Source: Myxococcota bacterium (GTDB lineage Bacteria > Myxococcota_A > SURF-8). From it: a stretch of 64,000 nt of DNA. Both the position numbers and the translations under genes were made by a program. The notes beneath the pieces are model-generated. The model saw only the letters and a list, made by a program, of their open reading frames with translations. It did not search any database and had not been told where the DNA came from. Below, piece after piece: positions 20,217 to 30,636 of the stretch; position 1 is the first letter of the stretch; each line of letters opens with the position of its first letter. The DNA lies in assembly GCA_963674735.2 (NCBI GenBank), contig CAXXQS010000001.1, positions 1,909,370-1,973,369 on the forward strand, read 5' to 3'.

Positions 20217-21529
20217 GCTGAGCGCCGGAGACGCCGTTCGAGTTGCGTTCCCACAAGCGCAATCAAGGTCGATCCGGCTAACGCCCAGCCCAGGGCAAAC
20301 GGCGTTTTCGACAGCGCTAAAATCAGACCGGTTGTCCCCCCGGCCATCATCGTAACAACTCCCGTTATTGCCGGTAAGGGTTTACGGATTAACAGCGCCG
20401 CGACAGCGGGAACGGCCAATCCGGACGTGTAAACCGTGTAACTGAGCAATAAAGCGGGGATAATGCCCCCCATCCAAAGCGCGATGGCGATCGAAATCAA
20501 GGCCAGAAACCCCGCCCACAAGCCGACGATACGTGGTTGATCCCGCCGCATCAAATCGAACGAGACGATCGTGGCCGCCGACAACAAACAGGTATCGGCC
20601 GAACTGAGAATCGCCGCCGACAGTCCGATCACCACGACCATGCGTCCCCAGCCGCCCCATTGCCACTCCGCCAACGCGATCCAGAGATTCTCGCCATCGA
20701 TGCCCGGCAAAACGACCCGAGCCGTCAAGCCGACAAAGGTGATGCAAAGCGCCAGGATAAGGACACCCAAGGCGGCCAATCGAAGCGCTTGAACCCGGCC
20801 CGAGGGATGGTTAACGGTGAGCAATCGCGAGTAAATATCGGGGCCGATCAGGAACGGGAACCCGACAACCAAGGCGATTTCGAGCATGCGCAGGGGCGGC
20901 AACGACACAACCGGCACAGCCACTTGCCGCCCGACGTTCGCGCTCCCCCACAACGAACCGGCGATCAGAAGCACGATTCCGGCAAAAAGGGCAAACTGCC
21001 ATTTGTCGGTCCTCAGCACGCCCCGCTGACCGGCCCAGAAAACATAGCCGCCCACTCCCACTCCCGCAAGAAGCGTCAAAACGGCACTCTCGACCGGATG
21101 ACCGGCTCCGGCCAGCTTCCCCACCGCCGCCAGTTGCGCCGCGACAATGCCGACCCAGGCCGGAACGATCACCCCGGCGGCCGCCATGCGCATGTACGGT
21201 CCTCCCTGCAATCCCAACAAGTCGGGGAGACTGAAAGCCCGGTCCATGGGCATGCGTGACACGAAGAACGAGAGAATCCACAAGGCGGCGGCGCCCGAGG
21301 CCAACCAAACCAGCGCGCTCCAACCATGCGCGTAAGCCAGTCCGGCCGTCCCCATGACGGCACTCGCACCGAAGATCGTCGCCAGCAACGAAGTGGCGGC
21401 CATAATCGGAGAGGCCGTCCGACCGGCAACCAGGTAATCGCCACTGGAACGGCGAGCCCGTCGCATCAGCCATCCCGCCAAGGGATGGAGCGCCAGCCAA
21501 AGCGCCAATACCCAGATTTCCCCTTGCAT
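20213..21529 (-). CDS. Sodium:solute symporter family transporter
   Basis: 12-13 hydrophobic helices. The N-terminal GDYLVAGR motif is typical of the SSF family. Confidence 0.8.
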   Translation of the reverse strand: MQGEIWVLALWLALHPLAGWLMRRARRSSGDYLVAGRTASPIMAATSLLATIFGASAVMGTAGLAYAHGWSALVWLASGAAALWILSFFVSRMPMDRAFSLPDLLGLQGGPYMRMAAAGVIVPAWVGIVAAQLAAVGKLAGAGHPVESAVLTLLAGVGVGGYVFWAGQRGVLRTDKWQFALFAGIVLLIAGSLWGSANVGRQVAVPVVSLPPLRMLEIALVVGFPFLIGPDIYSRLLTVNHPSGRVQALRLAALGVLILALCITFVGLTARVVLPGIDGENLWIALAEWQWGGWGRMVVVIGLSAAILSSADTCLLSAATIVSFDLMRRDQPRIVGLWAGFLALISIAIALWMGGIIPALLLSYTVYTSGLAVPAVAALLIRKPLPAITGVVTMMAGGTTGLILALSKTPFALGWALAGSTLIALVGTQLERRLRRSA

Positions 21530-21854
21530 GCGCCAGCACCTCCGCCATCGCTGCGAAAACCCGCTGAGAACCCTTTACCTACCGATTGTGGCCGGGAGCA
21601 TAGGCGCTGGAACAGGTGACTGTCAAATCGAATCCGATCCCGCGCGGATCGGTCCAAGGGGCCAGGCGTCGAATGTGGGGAGAATCCTTGACAAGTCCTC
21701 AGAAATTCGGCTATTTTTCACTTGTTCCTAAGGTGATCGCCACGGACACGACAACCTGGACTATTCAGAACCAAACCCTTTTGTTTCTTTGAGTCGTCTT
21801 CTCGAAGATCGGCGGGGGGCTGAGGTCCAGTTAATAAAAGGGAAATACCCTGCA

Positions 21855-23723
21855 ATGTCAGAACGTTCTATCCACACATCGTCCAAATGGCATCTGCCCG
21901 TCCTCCTTTCATTGTGCCTTTCCCTCCTCCTATCGGCCTGCTTTTACGGATCGCCGGAAGAGGAAAGCTCCGATCCGCAATCAACCATTGTGGTGAAATC
22001 GGACGATTCCGGCATCCTGACATCGCCCGATGGCCGGGTGTACGTACAATTCGAAGCCGGAACCGTTTTACGGCCGACAACTTTTTCCGTAACCGAACTC
22101 GACCGGTCCCAATACCCCGATCAACCGTGGCTGCAGAGTAAGGTTTACATGATCGAGCCGTCTTTGCCGCTTGAAAAGGCCGTCACCGTTACCGTCGATA
22201 TCAAAGGACTGGAAGGCCAAGGGGTCGACATCGCCACGCTCTACAACCTCGACGCGCTGGCCTTGCGCAAAATCCGGCCGCTTATGCGGCCCGAGTATGT
22301 CTCGGTTCTCGAAACCAACATGGACCACTCCGATGGCACCAAACACCGGGTGCTTCTGCACCAGACCGATCAACTCGGCGCTTTCGGCGTCTATGTTCAC
22401 GATTGTTTCCTGATGTGCCGCAAAATCATCGAATGCCCAAGCTACACCCTCGAACCCGATACGCCCATCCGCGAACAGATCTTGAGCTGCATGTCGGAGA
22501 ATGGCTGCCCGGGCGAACTGGAATCCATCAACAGCGACGACATGGCCGCAACCTTCGACTGCGCCTGGAACCGCTCGTGTGCGGATGCCTATGGATGCTG
22601 CCAGGAAGAAAACCACTGCAGCAGCGCTCCGGATGGAGATGATCCCGATGGCGACGATCCGACCGACGGTGACACGGACGGCGACACCGACGGCGACACC
22701 GACGGCGACACCGATGGCGACACCGATGGCGACACGGACGGCGATACCGATGGTGACACGGACGGGGACACCGATGGCGATGACGACGATACCATCAGTT
22801 TCGATCCCCTGACCTGCAACGGCAATCCCGAATGCCCCGACGGCTGGGACTGCATCTATGAGGAATCGATCGATATCACCACCGGTTATTGCATGCGCCT
22901 CGCCTCGCAGGCCATCGCCACCTACTCCTTTAGCGGAACCAGTTGGGATTACGCCGAAATGGTTCCCGATCTCACCTGCGTCGGACAGGATCCCGTCGCG
23001 GGCGGGCAGGGACCGGCGTTCTTCACGCTGCGCGTCCAGGTCGCTCCCTGGTGGCAACTGGAAGACAAATCCAGCATCCAAGTGAAAATGTTCCGAGCCA
23101 CCAATCTCGACGTTCCCTTCATCAGCGGCGTTACCAACGAAAACGGAACGGTCGATTTCACTCAGATTTACCCGGACGAATGGTTCATGCTGCGCTCCGA
23201 ACGGCTCCCGCCCGACGACCGCATCGTGCCCACTTACGATTGGGGTCTCTTCATCCCCAAATCGGTCGCCAAAACCTACACCGATCAATCCGAGCCGGTT
23301 CCGATTACCATTCATCCATTGGACGAAACGCGGTATAACGCCTTTGCCCAGTCACTCGGTTTTTCGGAAGGCATGCCCCTTGGCTACGGCATGGTGATCG
23401 GCCAGGTTTTGGACTGCCATGCAAATCCGTATGCCCTGGCCAACGTCGGCATCGGCTTCAAGGAAGCCTCTCCCGCTGTCATGGGCTATTTCAACAACCA
23501 GGTCGACTATCCGTCACCGATGATGTTGCAAACCGCAACCAATAAAAACGGTTTATTTGTCGGGTTATATATGCCGCCACAGGACAATCTGACAGCCTTC
23601 GCCTTCGGACAGCTATCCGAAGGTGGCGGGTTGTATTCCATCCTGACCGGTCACACCGAACCGTTCCAATTCACCTTGAAACGGGATTCGGTGAGCATAA
23701 TCCGATTCAACCAGACTTACTGA
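21855..23723 (+). CDS. Lipoprotein with a (DGDT)x10 spacer and a carboxypeptidase-regulatory-like beta-sandwich region
   Basis: Start set at the ATG at 21855 (lipobox LLSAC). Internal DGDDPDGDDPTDGDTDGDT... repeat. The C-terminal segment IQVKMFRATNLDVPFISGVTNENGTVDF resembles CarboxypepD_reg folds. Confidence 0.65.
   Translation: MSERSIHTSSKWHLPVLLSLCLSLLLSACFYGSPEEESSDPQSTIVVKSDDSGILTSPDGRVYVQFEAGTVLRPTTFSVTELDRSQYPDQPWLQSKVYMIEPSLPLEKAVTVTVDIKGLEGQGVDIATLYNLDALALRKIRPLMRPEYVSVLETNMDHSDGTKHRVLLHQTDQLGAFGVYVHDCFLMCRKIIECPSYTLEPDTPIREQILSCMSENGCPGELESINSDDMAATFDCAWNRSCADAYGCCQEENHCSSAPDGDDPDGDDPTDGDTDGDTDGDTDGDTDGDTDGDTDGDTDGDTDGDTDGDDDDTISFDPLTCNGNPECPDGWDCIYEESIDITTGYCMRLASQAIATYSFSGTSWDYAEMVPDLTCVGQDPVAGGQGPAFFTLRVQVAPWWQLEDKSSIQVKMFRATNLDVPFISGVTNENGTVDFTQIYPDEWFMLRSERLPPDDRIVPTYDWGLFIPKSVAKTYTDQSEPVPITIHPLDETRYNAFAQSLGFSEGMPLGYGMVIGQVLDCHANPYALANVGIGFKEASPAVMGYFNNQVDYPSPMMLQTATNKNGLFVGLYMPPQDNLTAFAFGQLSEGGGLYSILTGHTEPFQFTLKRDSVSIIRFNQTY
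22665..22784 (+). repeat. In-frame 12-nt tandem repeat, about 10 copies, encoding DGDT
   Basis: gac ggN gac acN units. Copies differ only at wobble positions (ggc/ggt/ggg, acc/acg, gac/gat). Confidence 0.9.
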
Positions 23724-23790
23724 GATTCCGTTCCGGCCATGTAACGGCCGGATCGGCGAGCGCGCATTGTGTGTTTGAAAGGAGTTTTCC

Positions 23791-26667
23791 ATGCGATTTC
23801 AATGGACTGGGGTTTTGTTGGCGTGTGCCGTTCTGGCAGCCTTCTGTTTTGCCTGTGCCGGAGGGAGCGATTCCGGAATCCTGAATATGGGCGATGACGA
23901 TGCCGAAGGAGATGGCGACGCAGACGACGAAATCGCCAATGAAGACGGTGATGACTTGCCGGACGGTGACACGGATGGCGATGGCGAAGAAACCGAAGCC
24001 CTGCCCACCGAAACCAAATGCGATGTGGACCGGCATAACAACGACCGCATCGTGACGTCCAAAGACGGCGGCACCACCCAGGTTTGCATTCCCGGCGATC
24101 CACTGGACGGCGTGAAAGTCAAAATCCTCCCCGATGCTTTGAAAGACGACATCAATGTGACGCTCTCCATCACTGACAATTTCGACGTGGACGACTGGGT
24201 CGCGGTCGGACCCGCCATTTATTTCGAAGCCACTCCCCTTGAAAATGATGGCGAAGTCCTGCTGGAAGAGAATGCCGAATTCGCGATTCCCTTCAAAGTG
24301 TCGCAACTTCCGGAACTCGCCGAAAACTTCCACATCAACGTAGCCGTGGTGCTGGATCCGAAAACCGGTGTTGAGAACGGCGACGATAACGCACCGCTTT
24401 TCATCCCGAAATCGCCCTCTCTCATTCGCATCGACCGCGAACGTGAGTTGCTGATTTTCCCCTACTGGTATTTCGGCACCATCCAGGCGATGGTCCCGGC
24501 GGAAATTTTGCCCCCCACCACACGTCATTTCACCTACAAAGCCGTCAGCGGCGTTTCCATGGGCGGCATCGGATCGTCCATCACGGGCTTCCGCTACCCC
24601 GATCGTTTCGACATTCTCGGCCCGCTGGGCGGATCGATGAACATGGGCTATCTGCTCAACATGATGCATGATCTCCACCTCGGCGGATTCTGCGATTACG
24701 ACACCATCACCGGAGCGGCCGATATCGACGCGTTCGTCACGGATACCACGCAGCAATGCGGTTGGTGCGGCCCCCAGCACGACCCGGAAGACTGGTCCAA
24801 CCCGGGAACCTACTGCTATATGGTCGAACCGCGCAGTCAATACCCGGACGAGCACGCCCAGGGTTACAACCACTGGTATTACGACGACGACGGCGGCAAC
24901 TTCAACCGGTCGAGCTATATGGACATTTTCCGCGACCTGGCCTATGCCTTCGGAAATCCGACGAATTACAACCCGGCCTCTCCCTATCTGCCTGTCGGTC
25001 TGGGCGGCGAGCGCGTTGTCGATCAGGATCGCCTGCAAACCTACCTCGACACCATCTACGACAAAGACCAACAAGCTCATGGATGTGCTGAATTGGCCAC
25101 CTGGATGGCATCGGACCCGCTCACGGAACTCTTCGATCACGAGTACAACCCCGAGGGTCTGTATCCGGCCATTTATTACTGCGACGGAACCAGCCAGCGC
25201 AATGGCCATTGGGACCCGGATGACAGCGGTGCCCGCTCCCGCCGGATGGATATCGGCATCGCCATCGATTTCAACGAAAACGGTGTGCGCGACTACGGCG
25301 AGCCGGTGATTCGCCAGTTCTGGGAACCCTACGAAGATTGCGGCCTCGACGGACTGTGCGACGAAAACGAAACCGGCTACAATGCCGACAGCAATCCCGA
25401 TCCCGCCGGTGACAACTACCACCCCTTCGACAATCCCACCGGCACGGAAGAAAACGGTTTCTGGGACGGTCCGGCAGGCAGCGACCCCGGCGAAACCTAC
25501 CAGGACTTGGGCTTGGACGGCGTCGCGTGCCCGGTCGTCGGGGAGAGCACACCGCAAGCCATTAAAGCCACCTGCCCCTACGATTACGGTGAAGGCAACG
25601 GACAATTCGATCTCAATCCCAATATCGAAACGTACTTCGCTCACGATCCCCTGCTGAATGCGAAAGGCTTGACGGACGAACAGGTCAAGCGCCTCAATAT
25701 CTGGTTCGACGGCGGCATCCGGGATATCTTCAATTTCCTGGTCATGGCCGATGGCGTGGCGATGCAGTTCAACACGCAATCCGAGCCGCTCAACCTGCCG
25801 GTTAAAAAATACCAGCGCTACACCTCGCTGATGGATCCCGTTCAGGATAACATCAACAGCTTCAACTTCTTGCGAGTCAATTACGCCGGACTCGGCCAGA
25901 ACGTTTTGATGCGCTACGGCGACTACGATGCCACCGACGCGATGATCGCCGGAGGCGATGGGCGTCACGTGGGCTACATTCCGCAGCTCTTCTTCCGTAT
26001 CCAGACCTTCTTCTCCTTCGCCAATCACCACTTCGCGAATGGCGATTTCGAACCCGTCGAATCGAGTTCGTTGACCGACCTTCTCTTCAGTTCGATGTAT
26101 GATTCGGATGTGCTGGGCCGGAAAGCGCGCTATTCCGTCGCCCTGCCCCCCGGTTACTATTCCAACAATCAGGACGGAGCCGACGGCGCACCGGACACCT
26201 GCGTCAACCGCTATCCGGTCATCTATCTCGGACACGGCTACGGAATGGATCCGCAAGGCATGGCGGGCGCGTTGACATTGTTCATGAGCTATATGTCGGA
26301 CGGAATTTTCCAGAAAATGATCACCGTCTTCCCCGACGGCGAATGCTACGACCAGGGTACCTGCCGAGGCGACTGCAACAGCCAATGCAACAATGTTTCC
26401 GCCGCCGACAAACCGGCTTGCCTGGACGCCTGTTACACGGAACGCGGATGCGACGATGTGATTACGGAATGTGTCAGAGGCAATTTCTACGTCAACCACG
26501 TCGTATCGGCGGCGAACCCCGTCGACGGCATGTCGACCGGCGGCTTGCACGAAGTCCAGACCGAAGACAGCCTGCTTGAACTGATGGACTACATCGACAG
26601 TCATTATTGCACCAAAGAACCGGAAGACGTGCAGGTCGACGGCGCGACCTTGGATGGTTTGTACTAA
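23791..26667 (+). CDS. Large secreted lipoprotein with an esterase-type alpha/beta-hydrolase core
   Basis: AAAGGAG RBS, lipobox FCFACAGG, acidic spacer (GDDDAEGDGDADDE...). GVSMGG nucleophile elbow within FTYKAVSGVSMGGIGS...PDRFD (putative-esterase family pattern). Cys-rich tail. Confidence 0.7.
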   Translation: MRFQWTGVLLACAVLAAFCFACAGGSDSGILNMGDDDAEGDGDADDEIANEDGDDLPDGDTDGDGEETEALPTETKCDVDRHNNDRIVTSKDGGTTQVCIPGDPLDGVKVKILPDALKDDINVTLSITDNFDVDDWVAVGPAIYFEATPLENDGEVLLEENAEFAIPFKVSQLPELAENFHINVAVVLDPKTGVENGDDNAPLFIPKSPSLIRIDRERELLIFPYWYFGTIQAMVPAEILPPTTRHFTYKAVSGVSMGGIGSSITGFRYPDRFDILGPLGGSMNMGYLLNMMHDLHLGGFCDYDTITGAADIDAFVTDTTQQCGWCGPQHDPEDWSNPGTYCYMVEPRSQYPDEHAQGYNHWYYDDDGGNFNRSSYMDIFRDLAYAFGNPTNYNPASPYLPVGLGGERVVDQDRLQTYLDTIYDKDQQAHGCAELATWMASDPLTELFDHEYNPEGLYPAIYYCDGTSQRNGHWDPDDSGARSRRMDIGIAIDFNENGVRDYGEPVIRQFWEPYEDCGLDGLCDENETGYNADSNPDPAGDNYHPFDNPTGTEENGFWDGPAGSDPGETYQDLGLDGVACPVVGESTPQAIKATCPYDYGEGNGQFDLNPNIETYFAHDPLLNAKGLTDEQVKRLNIWFDGGIRDIFNFLVMADGVAMQFNTQSEPLNLPVKKYQRYTSLMDPVQDNINSFNFLRVNYAGLGQNVLMRYGDYDATDAMIAGGDGRHVGYIPQLFFRIQTFFSFANHHFANGDFEPVESSSLTDLLFSSMYDSDVLGRKARYSVALPPGYYSNNQDGADGAPDTCVNRYPVIYLGHGYGMDPQGMAGALTLFMSYMSDGIFQKMITVFPDGECYDQGTCRGDCNSQCNNVSAADKPACLDACYTERGCDDVITECVRGNFYVNHVVSAANPVDGMSTGGLHEVQTEDSLLELMDYIDSHYCTKEPEDVQVDGATLDGLY

Positions 26668-26709
26668 CGCGAACACGGAAGCGTGCGTTCCGTTCCGGAG
26701 CGCGACGCC

Positions 26710-27402
26710 ATGATTTCGGCGGCCTGCGACTTGGCTGTTATGGCCGCCATGAGTATGGAACTTCAGGCGGTTCGGGAAGGGTTTCCTCTTCTGGAAACCC
26801 TCCCTTCCGCTGGTTCGAATTGGGAAATCCGCGAAACTCCTACCCAAGATAAATTATGGATCGCGCGTTGCGGAGTCGGCGCCAAGCACGCGGACGGATT
26901 GCTCGCGACTTTGCGACAGCGCTCATCCATCAACCGCGTGCTGCTGGTCGGCTGTGCCGGAGGACTGGACCCTGCGCTCTCCGCCGGACAGGCCGTGATC
27001 GCCAGCGAATGCCGAAATTTATCGAGCGGCGTCACGCATTTTTCCGACCCGGCGCTGGTTGAGCAGCTTCAAGCCCTTCTTCCCCTAGCTCAAAAAGGCG
27101 GCATGGCAACCACGTCCCGAGTTTTGGCGTCCGCCCGGGAAAAGAGCGATCTCTTCAACGACACCGGATTTTTAGCGGTCGACATGGAAGCCGCCCTGCT
27201 GGCGGAAAAATCCGCCACGCACAAATTGGCCTTTGCCTGCCTGAAAATGGTTTCGGATTGCGCCCATGAAACCCTGCTCCTGGAAAACTCCCCAGCCACG
27301 CAACCCGACACCCCGCTGACCCTTGCCGACTTCGATCATCGACTGCGCTCGATTGCGTCGATGATCGCCGACCTGCTGGCCGCCCTTACAAACCCATTCT
27401 GA
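26710..27402 (+). CDS. PNP_UDP_1 phosphorylase-superfamily protein (MTA/SAH nucleosidase or futalosine-hydrolase-like)
   Basis: VLLVGCAGGLDP and AVDMEAAL motifs are typical of the nucleoside phosphorylase fold. The start is uncertain (GTG 26683 or ATG 26710). Confidence 0.6.
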   Translation: MISAACDLAVMAAMSMELQAVREGFPLLETLPSAGSNWEIRETPTQDKLWIARCGVGAKHADGLLATLRQRSSINRVLLVGCAGGLDPALSAGQAVIASECRNLSSGVTHFSDPALVEQLQALLPLAQKGGMATTSRVLASAREKSDLFNDTGFLAVDMEAALLAEKSATHKLAFACLKMVSDCAHETLLLENSPATQPDTPLTLADFDHRLRSIASMIADLLAALTNPF

Positions 27403-28312
27403 TTCATTTATAATTCACGCATGGCGAGGCCGACGGGTATTGCATCGACACGACCACACCCGGAGCGCCGTGGGGAATGTCGCGCTTTGCCGCCCTCCAT
27501 TTCCGAGGGGTCACTCTGCAAGGACTTGTTATTACACAGGATACACGCTGTTTCGCCGGTATTTTCCAGCCCGACTCCAACCCTGTAACGGCGATTCGAC
27601 AATAACCGAATCATTTCAACAGGATAGCAGCCCTTCTCTTGAATGTTTTTAATATATTATACTTAATATTTCTTAGAGCCGAGCGTTTGTCGGTCCCCGT
27701 CGAGTCGCGTTCGTCCGCTTCCAATACATTGGCGTTTGCTCTATCTCGTCGAGATCATTCATGATTGCGCGTGTGTGATGCGGCCGCTACCCGGAATCGA
27801 CCCCGCGGCGGCAGCTCGTCCAGCGGCGGCGAATGTGACGTATTACGGCACTCCTAGCATTCCCATCGGCTTACAGTTTTCGGCCCTGTTTCGACGCCGA
27901 AAAAGTCAATGATTTCGCGAAAAGGAAAAAATCGTTCCGAAAAACGGCGCAACGGGCGCAGTGAGCGCATCGGGCGCATTCCAAAACGTAGGAGGCAAAG
28001 CGGCAGGAATTGGCACTGCGCAACCGAAATGGACGCTTCGACCCAAAACACCTGTCACGGCAACGAGACGAAAGCACGCAGCAAGCGAATGAGAGACCAA
28101 AACAAAGGAAGTTTTTCCACGCTGGACGTTGAAACAAACAAGCGCATCAGCCCCTAGGCTCCAGCTTAAAGCCACGATTGCAGGGACCGAAAGCAGAGCC
28201 GAAAGACCCTAAAAATGACGTTGAATGACTTGACTTTCCGCGAGATTGCGTTAGGTTGAAGAAGAGTTTGTACTGGGAATTTTGTGAACGATGTATTGGA
28301 GGGAGGTCACGC

Positions 28313-29062
28313 ATGAGACGGTTATTAATCCTTGCGTTGATGGTTGGGATTGCGAACTTTATGCTGTTGTCGGTCGCCTGTGCCCAAGAAGAAGATGAGA
28401 AGCAAAGCCCGACGGAAGACAGTTTGGATTCCATTTTGACTACCCCGAAGAGCGCGCCGGAACCTGCCGCCGACGCCAAACCGGCCAAACCCGAAGAAGC
28501 ACCGCCGACGGCGATCGAAGTACCCAAAGAAGAATTCCCGGTCGACCCGCGCAACCTGCGCATTTCCATCAAAATGAAGAATGGAAAGTCGATCAACGGC
28601 CGCGTGAAGAATTTCCTGATCAGCGAGCGCCTCGTCGATCATATGGGCGACCCGGCGTTTTCTCTCTGCGACGGTCCCACGGTTCAGTACGAGATGAATG
28701 AATTCGTGATGGATTGGTCCGATATCGGCACCATCGTTTTCAACAAGAAAAACAAGGAAAACGGCGAAATCAGTTGCGTCGAGGTCAGCGATGTTTCCCT
28801 CGAACGCATGGAATGCATCATGATCAATGAATTCAGTGCCTTCGCCCGCGATAAAAGCAAAAAAGGCGCCCACATCATTATCGATAAAAACCTCTTCCGC
28901 TTCGTCGTGGATACGGGAAAAGGCATCGTCAATGTCGACACCCACCTTGGAAAAGTCAAAGTCACAAACGAGCGTGACGAATCGCGCAAGTCCAAGGAAA
29001 TGGTGAAAGAACTCAAGGGTGTTTTCTCCAACGAAGCGATGCTGATCTCTTTCAGCAAGTAA
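28313..29062 (+). CDS. Secreted protein, unknown function
   Basis: GGAGGGAGG RBS. Signal peptide MRRLLILALMVGIANFMLLSVACAQ, then a low-complexity PEPAADAKPAKPEEAPP linker. Confidence 0.55.
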   Translation: MRRLLILALMVGIANFMLLSVACAQEEDEKQSPTEDSLDSILTTPKSAPEPAADAKPAKPEEAPPTAIEVPKEEFPVDPRNLRISIKMKNGKSINGRVKNFLISERLVDHMGDPAFSLCDGPTVQYEMNEFVMDWSDIGTIVFNKKNKENGEISCVEVSDVSLERMECIMINEFSAFARDKSKKGAHIIIDKNLFRFVVDTGKGIVNVDTHLGKVKVTNERDESRKSKEMVKELKGVFSNEAMLISFSK

Positions 29063-29125
29063 CCGGATAAAGTCCGTTTTTTCGGCCACCCTCCCATGGG
29101 TGGCCATTTCTTTTGCGAGACTCCG

Positions 29126-30535
29126 ATGCACACAGACCGGAACTTGCGACAACACGTAGCCCGCTCCATCCGGCAACGAGCGTTGATTGCCCAAGGAGCC
29201 CGCTTGCTTGTGGCCGTTTCCGGAGGGATCGATTCCGTCACCCTGTTGCATATCTTGTTGAGTTTGAAGCAGAAACAGGGCTGGTCCCTGGCTTTGGGCC
29301 ACATCAATCACGGCATGCGGGGCGTCGAGTCGGACGGCGACGAGACATTCGTTCGCGATCTGGCCAAACGCTATGAACTGCCGATCCACGTGCATCGGAT
29401 CGATCCCGCGACCTGGAAAGATCCCGGAAACACGCAAGCCAAAGCCCGCGCCATCCGCTATCAAGTCCTTGAAAACTGGCTGAAAGAAGAGAATTACGAC
29501 CTGATCGCCACCGCCCACAATGCAGACGACCAGGCCGAAACCCTGCTCGACCGTTTGACGCGCGGCTCCGGTGTCGATGGCTTGTCCGGCATTCCCTGGA
29601 TCAATGGTTTGGTCGTGCGGCCGCTGCTGGATATTTCCCGGCAGCAGATTCAGCGATATGGCCAACGCCACGAATTGGCCTGGCGCGAAGATGCCAGCAA
29701 CCAGAGTCTAAAATATTTCAGAAATGCTCTGCGCCACGGCCCCCTGCGCGACATGACCCGCCTGCGACCGACCTCCGTGCGGCAAATGGCCGCCGCGGCC
29801 GAGCGCTTGCGAGAAACCTCGGAAGCCATGGCCTGGCTGTTGAAGCAGGATCTTTCCAAGCGGCTGAATAAACAGAACAATCAGCAGTTTTCCCTCGATG
29901 TCAGCGATTGGAACCAAGCGCCGATCGGTCTGCGGCTGGCCTTGCTGAGAGCAGCCATGAAACAAGTGACGGCGAACGGACTTTGGGGATTCGGCGACGT
30001 TCACTGGCGCGACCTCGACCGCGCGGCCCTGACGCCCCATCGTTTTTCCGAGCGACGCTTTCCACAGGGTATTGCTGTTTTAGGGGGCCGTAACCGCTTG
30101 ATTATCAGTCAGAATCAGCCTCCGACTCCCGAAGCCTACACCCACTCGTTGGACATACCGGGAGAAGTCGATACCCCGCTCGGACGCATTCAGGCAACGC
30201 TCCTCGACACCTCGACCGGCATCCGCTACGAATCGCCGAATACGGCCTATTTCGACGCATCGGCAATCGACTTGCCCCTCCAGGTGCGCTCGCGTTGCCG
30301 AGGCGATCGGATTCAACTGCCGAATCTGGGGCAACGGTCGGTGGCGCGGGTCATGAGCGACCTGAAAACACCTCGATATTCCCGCAGTCATTTGCCCCTG
30401 CTTCTCTCTCGGAAATCGCGGGTTTTGTGGATTGTCGGGCTGCGCCGTTCGAGTCACGCCCTGGTCGGGGCCGAAACACGAAGCATCCTTGGAATAAAAT
30501 TCATCCCCAATGATTCAAACATCTTGGAATTGTGA
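29126..30535 (+). CDS. tilS: tRNA(Ile)-lysidine synthase
   Basis: PP-loop LLVAVSGGIDS. HINHGMRG and ATAHNADDQAETLL motifs. C-terminal substrate-binding region. Confidence 0.85.
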   Translation: MHTDRNLRQHVARSIRQRALIAQGARLLVAVSGGIDSVTLLHILLSLKQKQGWSLALGHINHGMRGVESDGDETFVRDLAKRYELPIHVHRIDPATWKDPGNTQAKARAIRYQVLENWLKEENYDLIATAHNADDQAETLLDRLTRGSGVDGLSGIPWINGLVVRPLLDISRQQIQRYGQRHELAWREDASNQSLKYFRNALRHGPLRDMTRLRPTSVRQMAAAAERLRETSEAMAWLLKQDLSKRLNKQNNQQFSLDVSDWNQAPIGLRLALLRAAMKQVTANGLWGFGDVHWRDLDRAALTPHRFSERRFPQGIAVLGGRNRLIISQNQPPTPEAYTHSLDIPGEVDTPLGRIQATLLDTSTGIRYESPNTAYFDASAIDLPLQVRSRCRGDRIQLPNLGQRSVARVMSDLKTPRYSRSHLPLLLSRKSRVLWIVGLRRSSHALVGAETRSILGIKFIPNDSNILEL

Positions 30536-30636
30536 AACTATTTATGATATGATACCGGGTTGATACATGTGGCAGGACGTCGGCGGGTACAAAAATTCGG
30601 AAGACCATCCGGTCGCCTGCACAAAGCGAGGTTAAG

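Noticed and set aside
22665-22784. Possible CRISPR array or other non-coding repeat array
   Set aside because: The period is only 12 nt with no spacers. It is in frame inside a long ORF and encodes (DGDT)n. I saw no repeat-spacer architecture anywhere in the window.
23707-26847. 1046-aa minus-strand ORF antisense to the esterase-fold lipoprotein gene
   Set aside because: This is a typical GC-rich antisense shadow ORF (V/G/A/R/H-rich with no domain signatures). The sense strand carries the RBS, signal peptide and GxSxG motif.
27700-27860. tmRNA, RNase P or SRP RNA in the long intergenic region (e.g. GGGGTCGATTCCGGG on the minus strand resembles a tmRNA 5' end)
   Set aside because: No matching 3' acceptor/T-arm with CCA is present. 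The conserved GGATTCGACGGG (tmRNA) and GAGGAAAGTCCGGGC (RNase P) boxes are absent. The resemblance is superficial, so I left this as an open question for Rfam.
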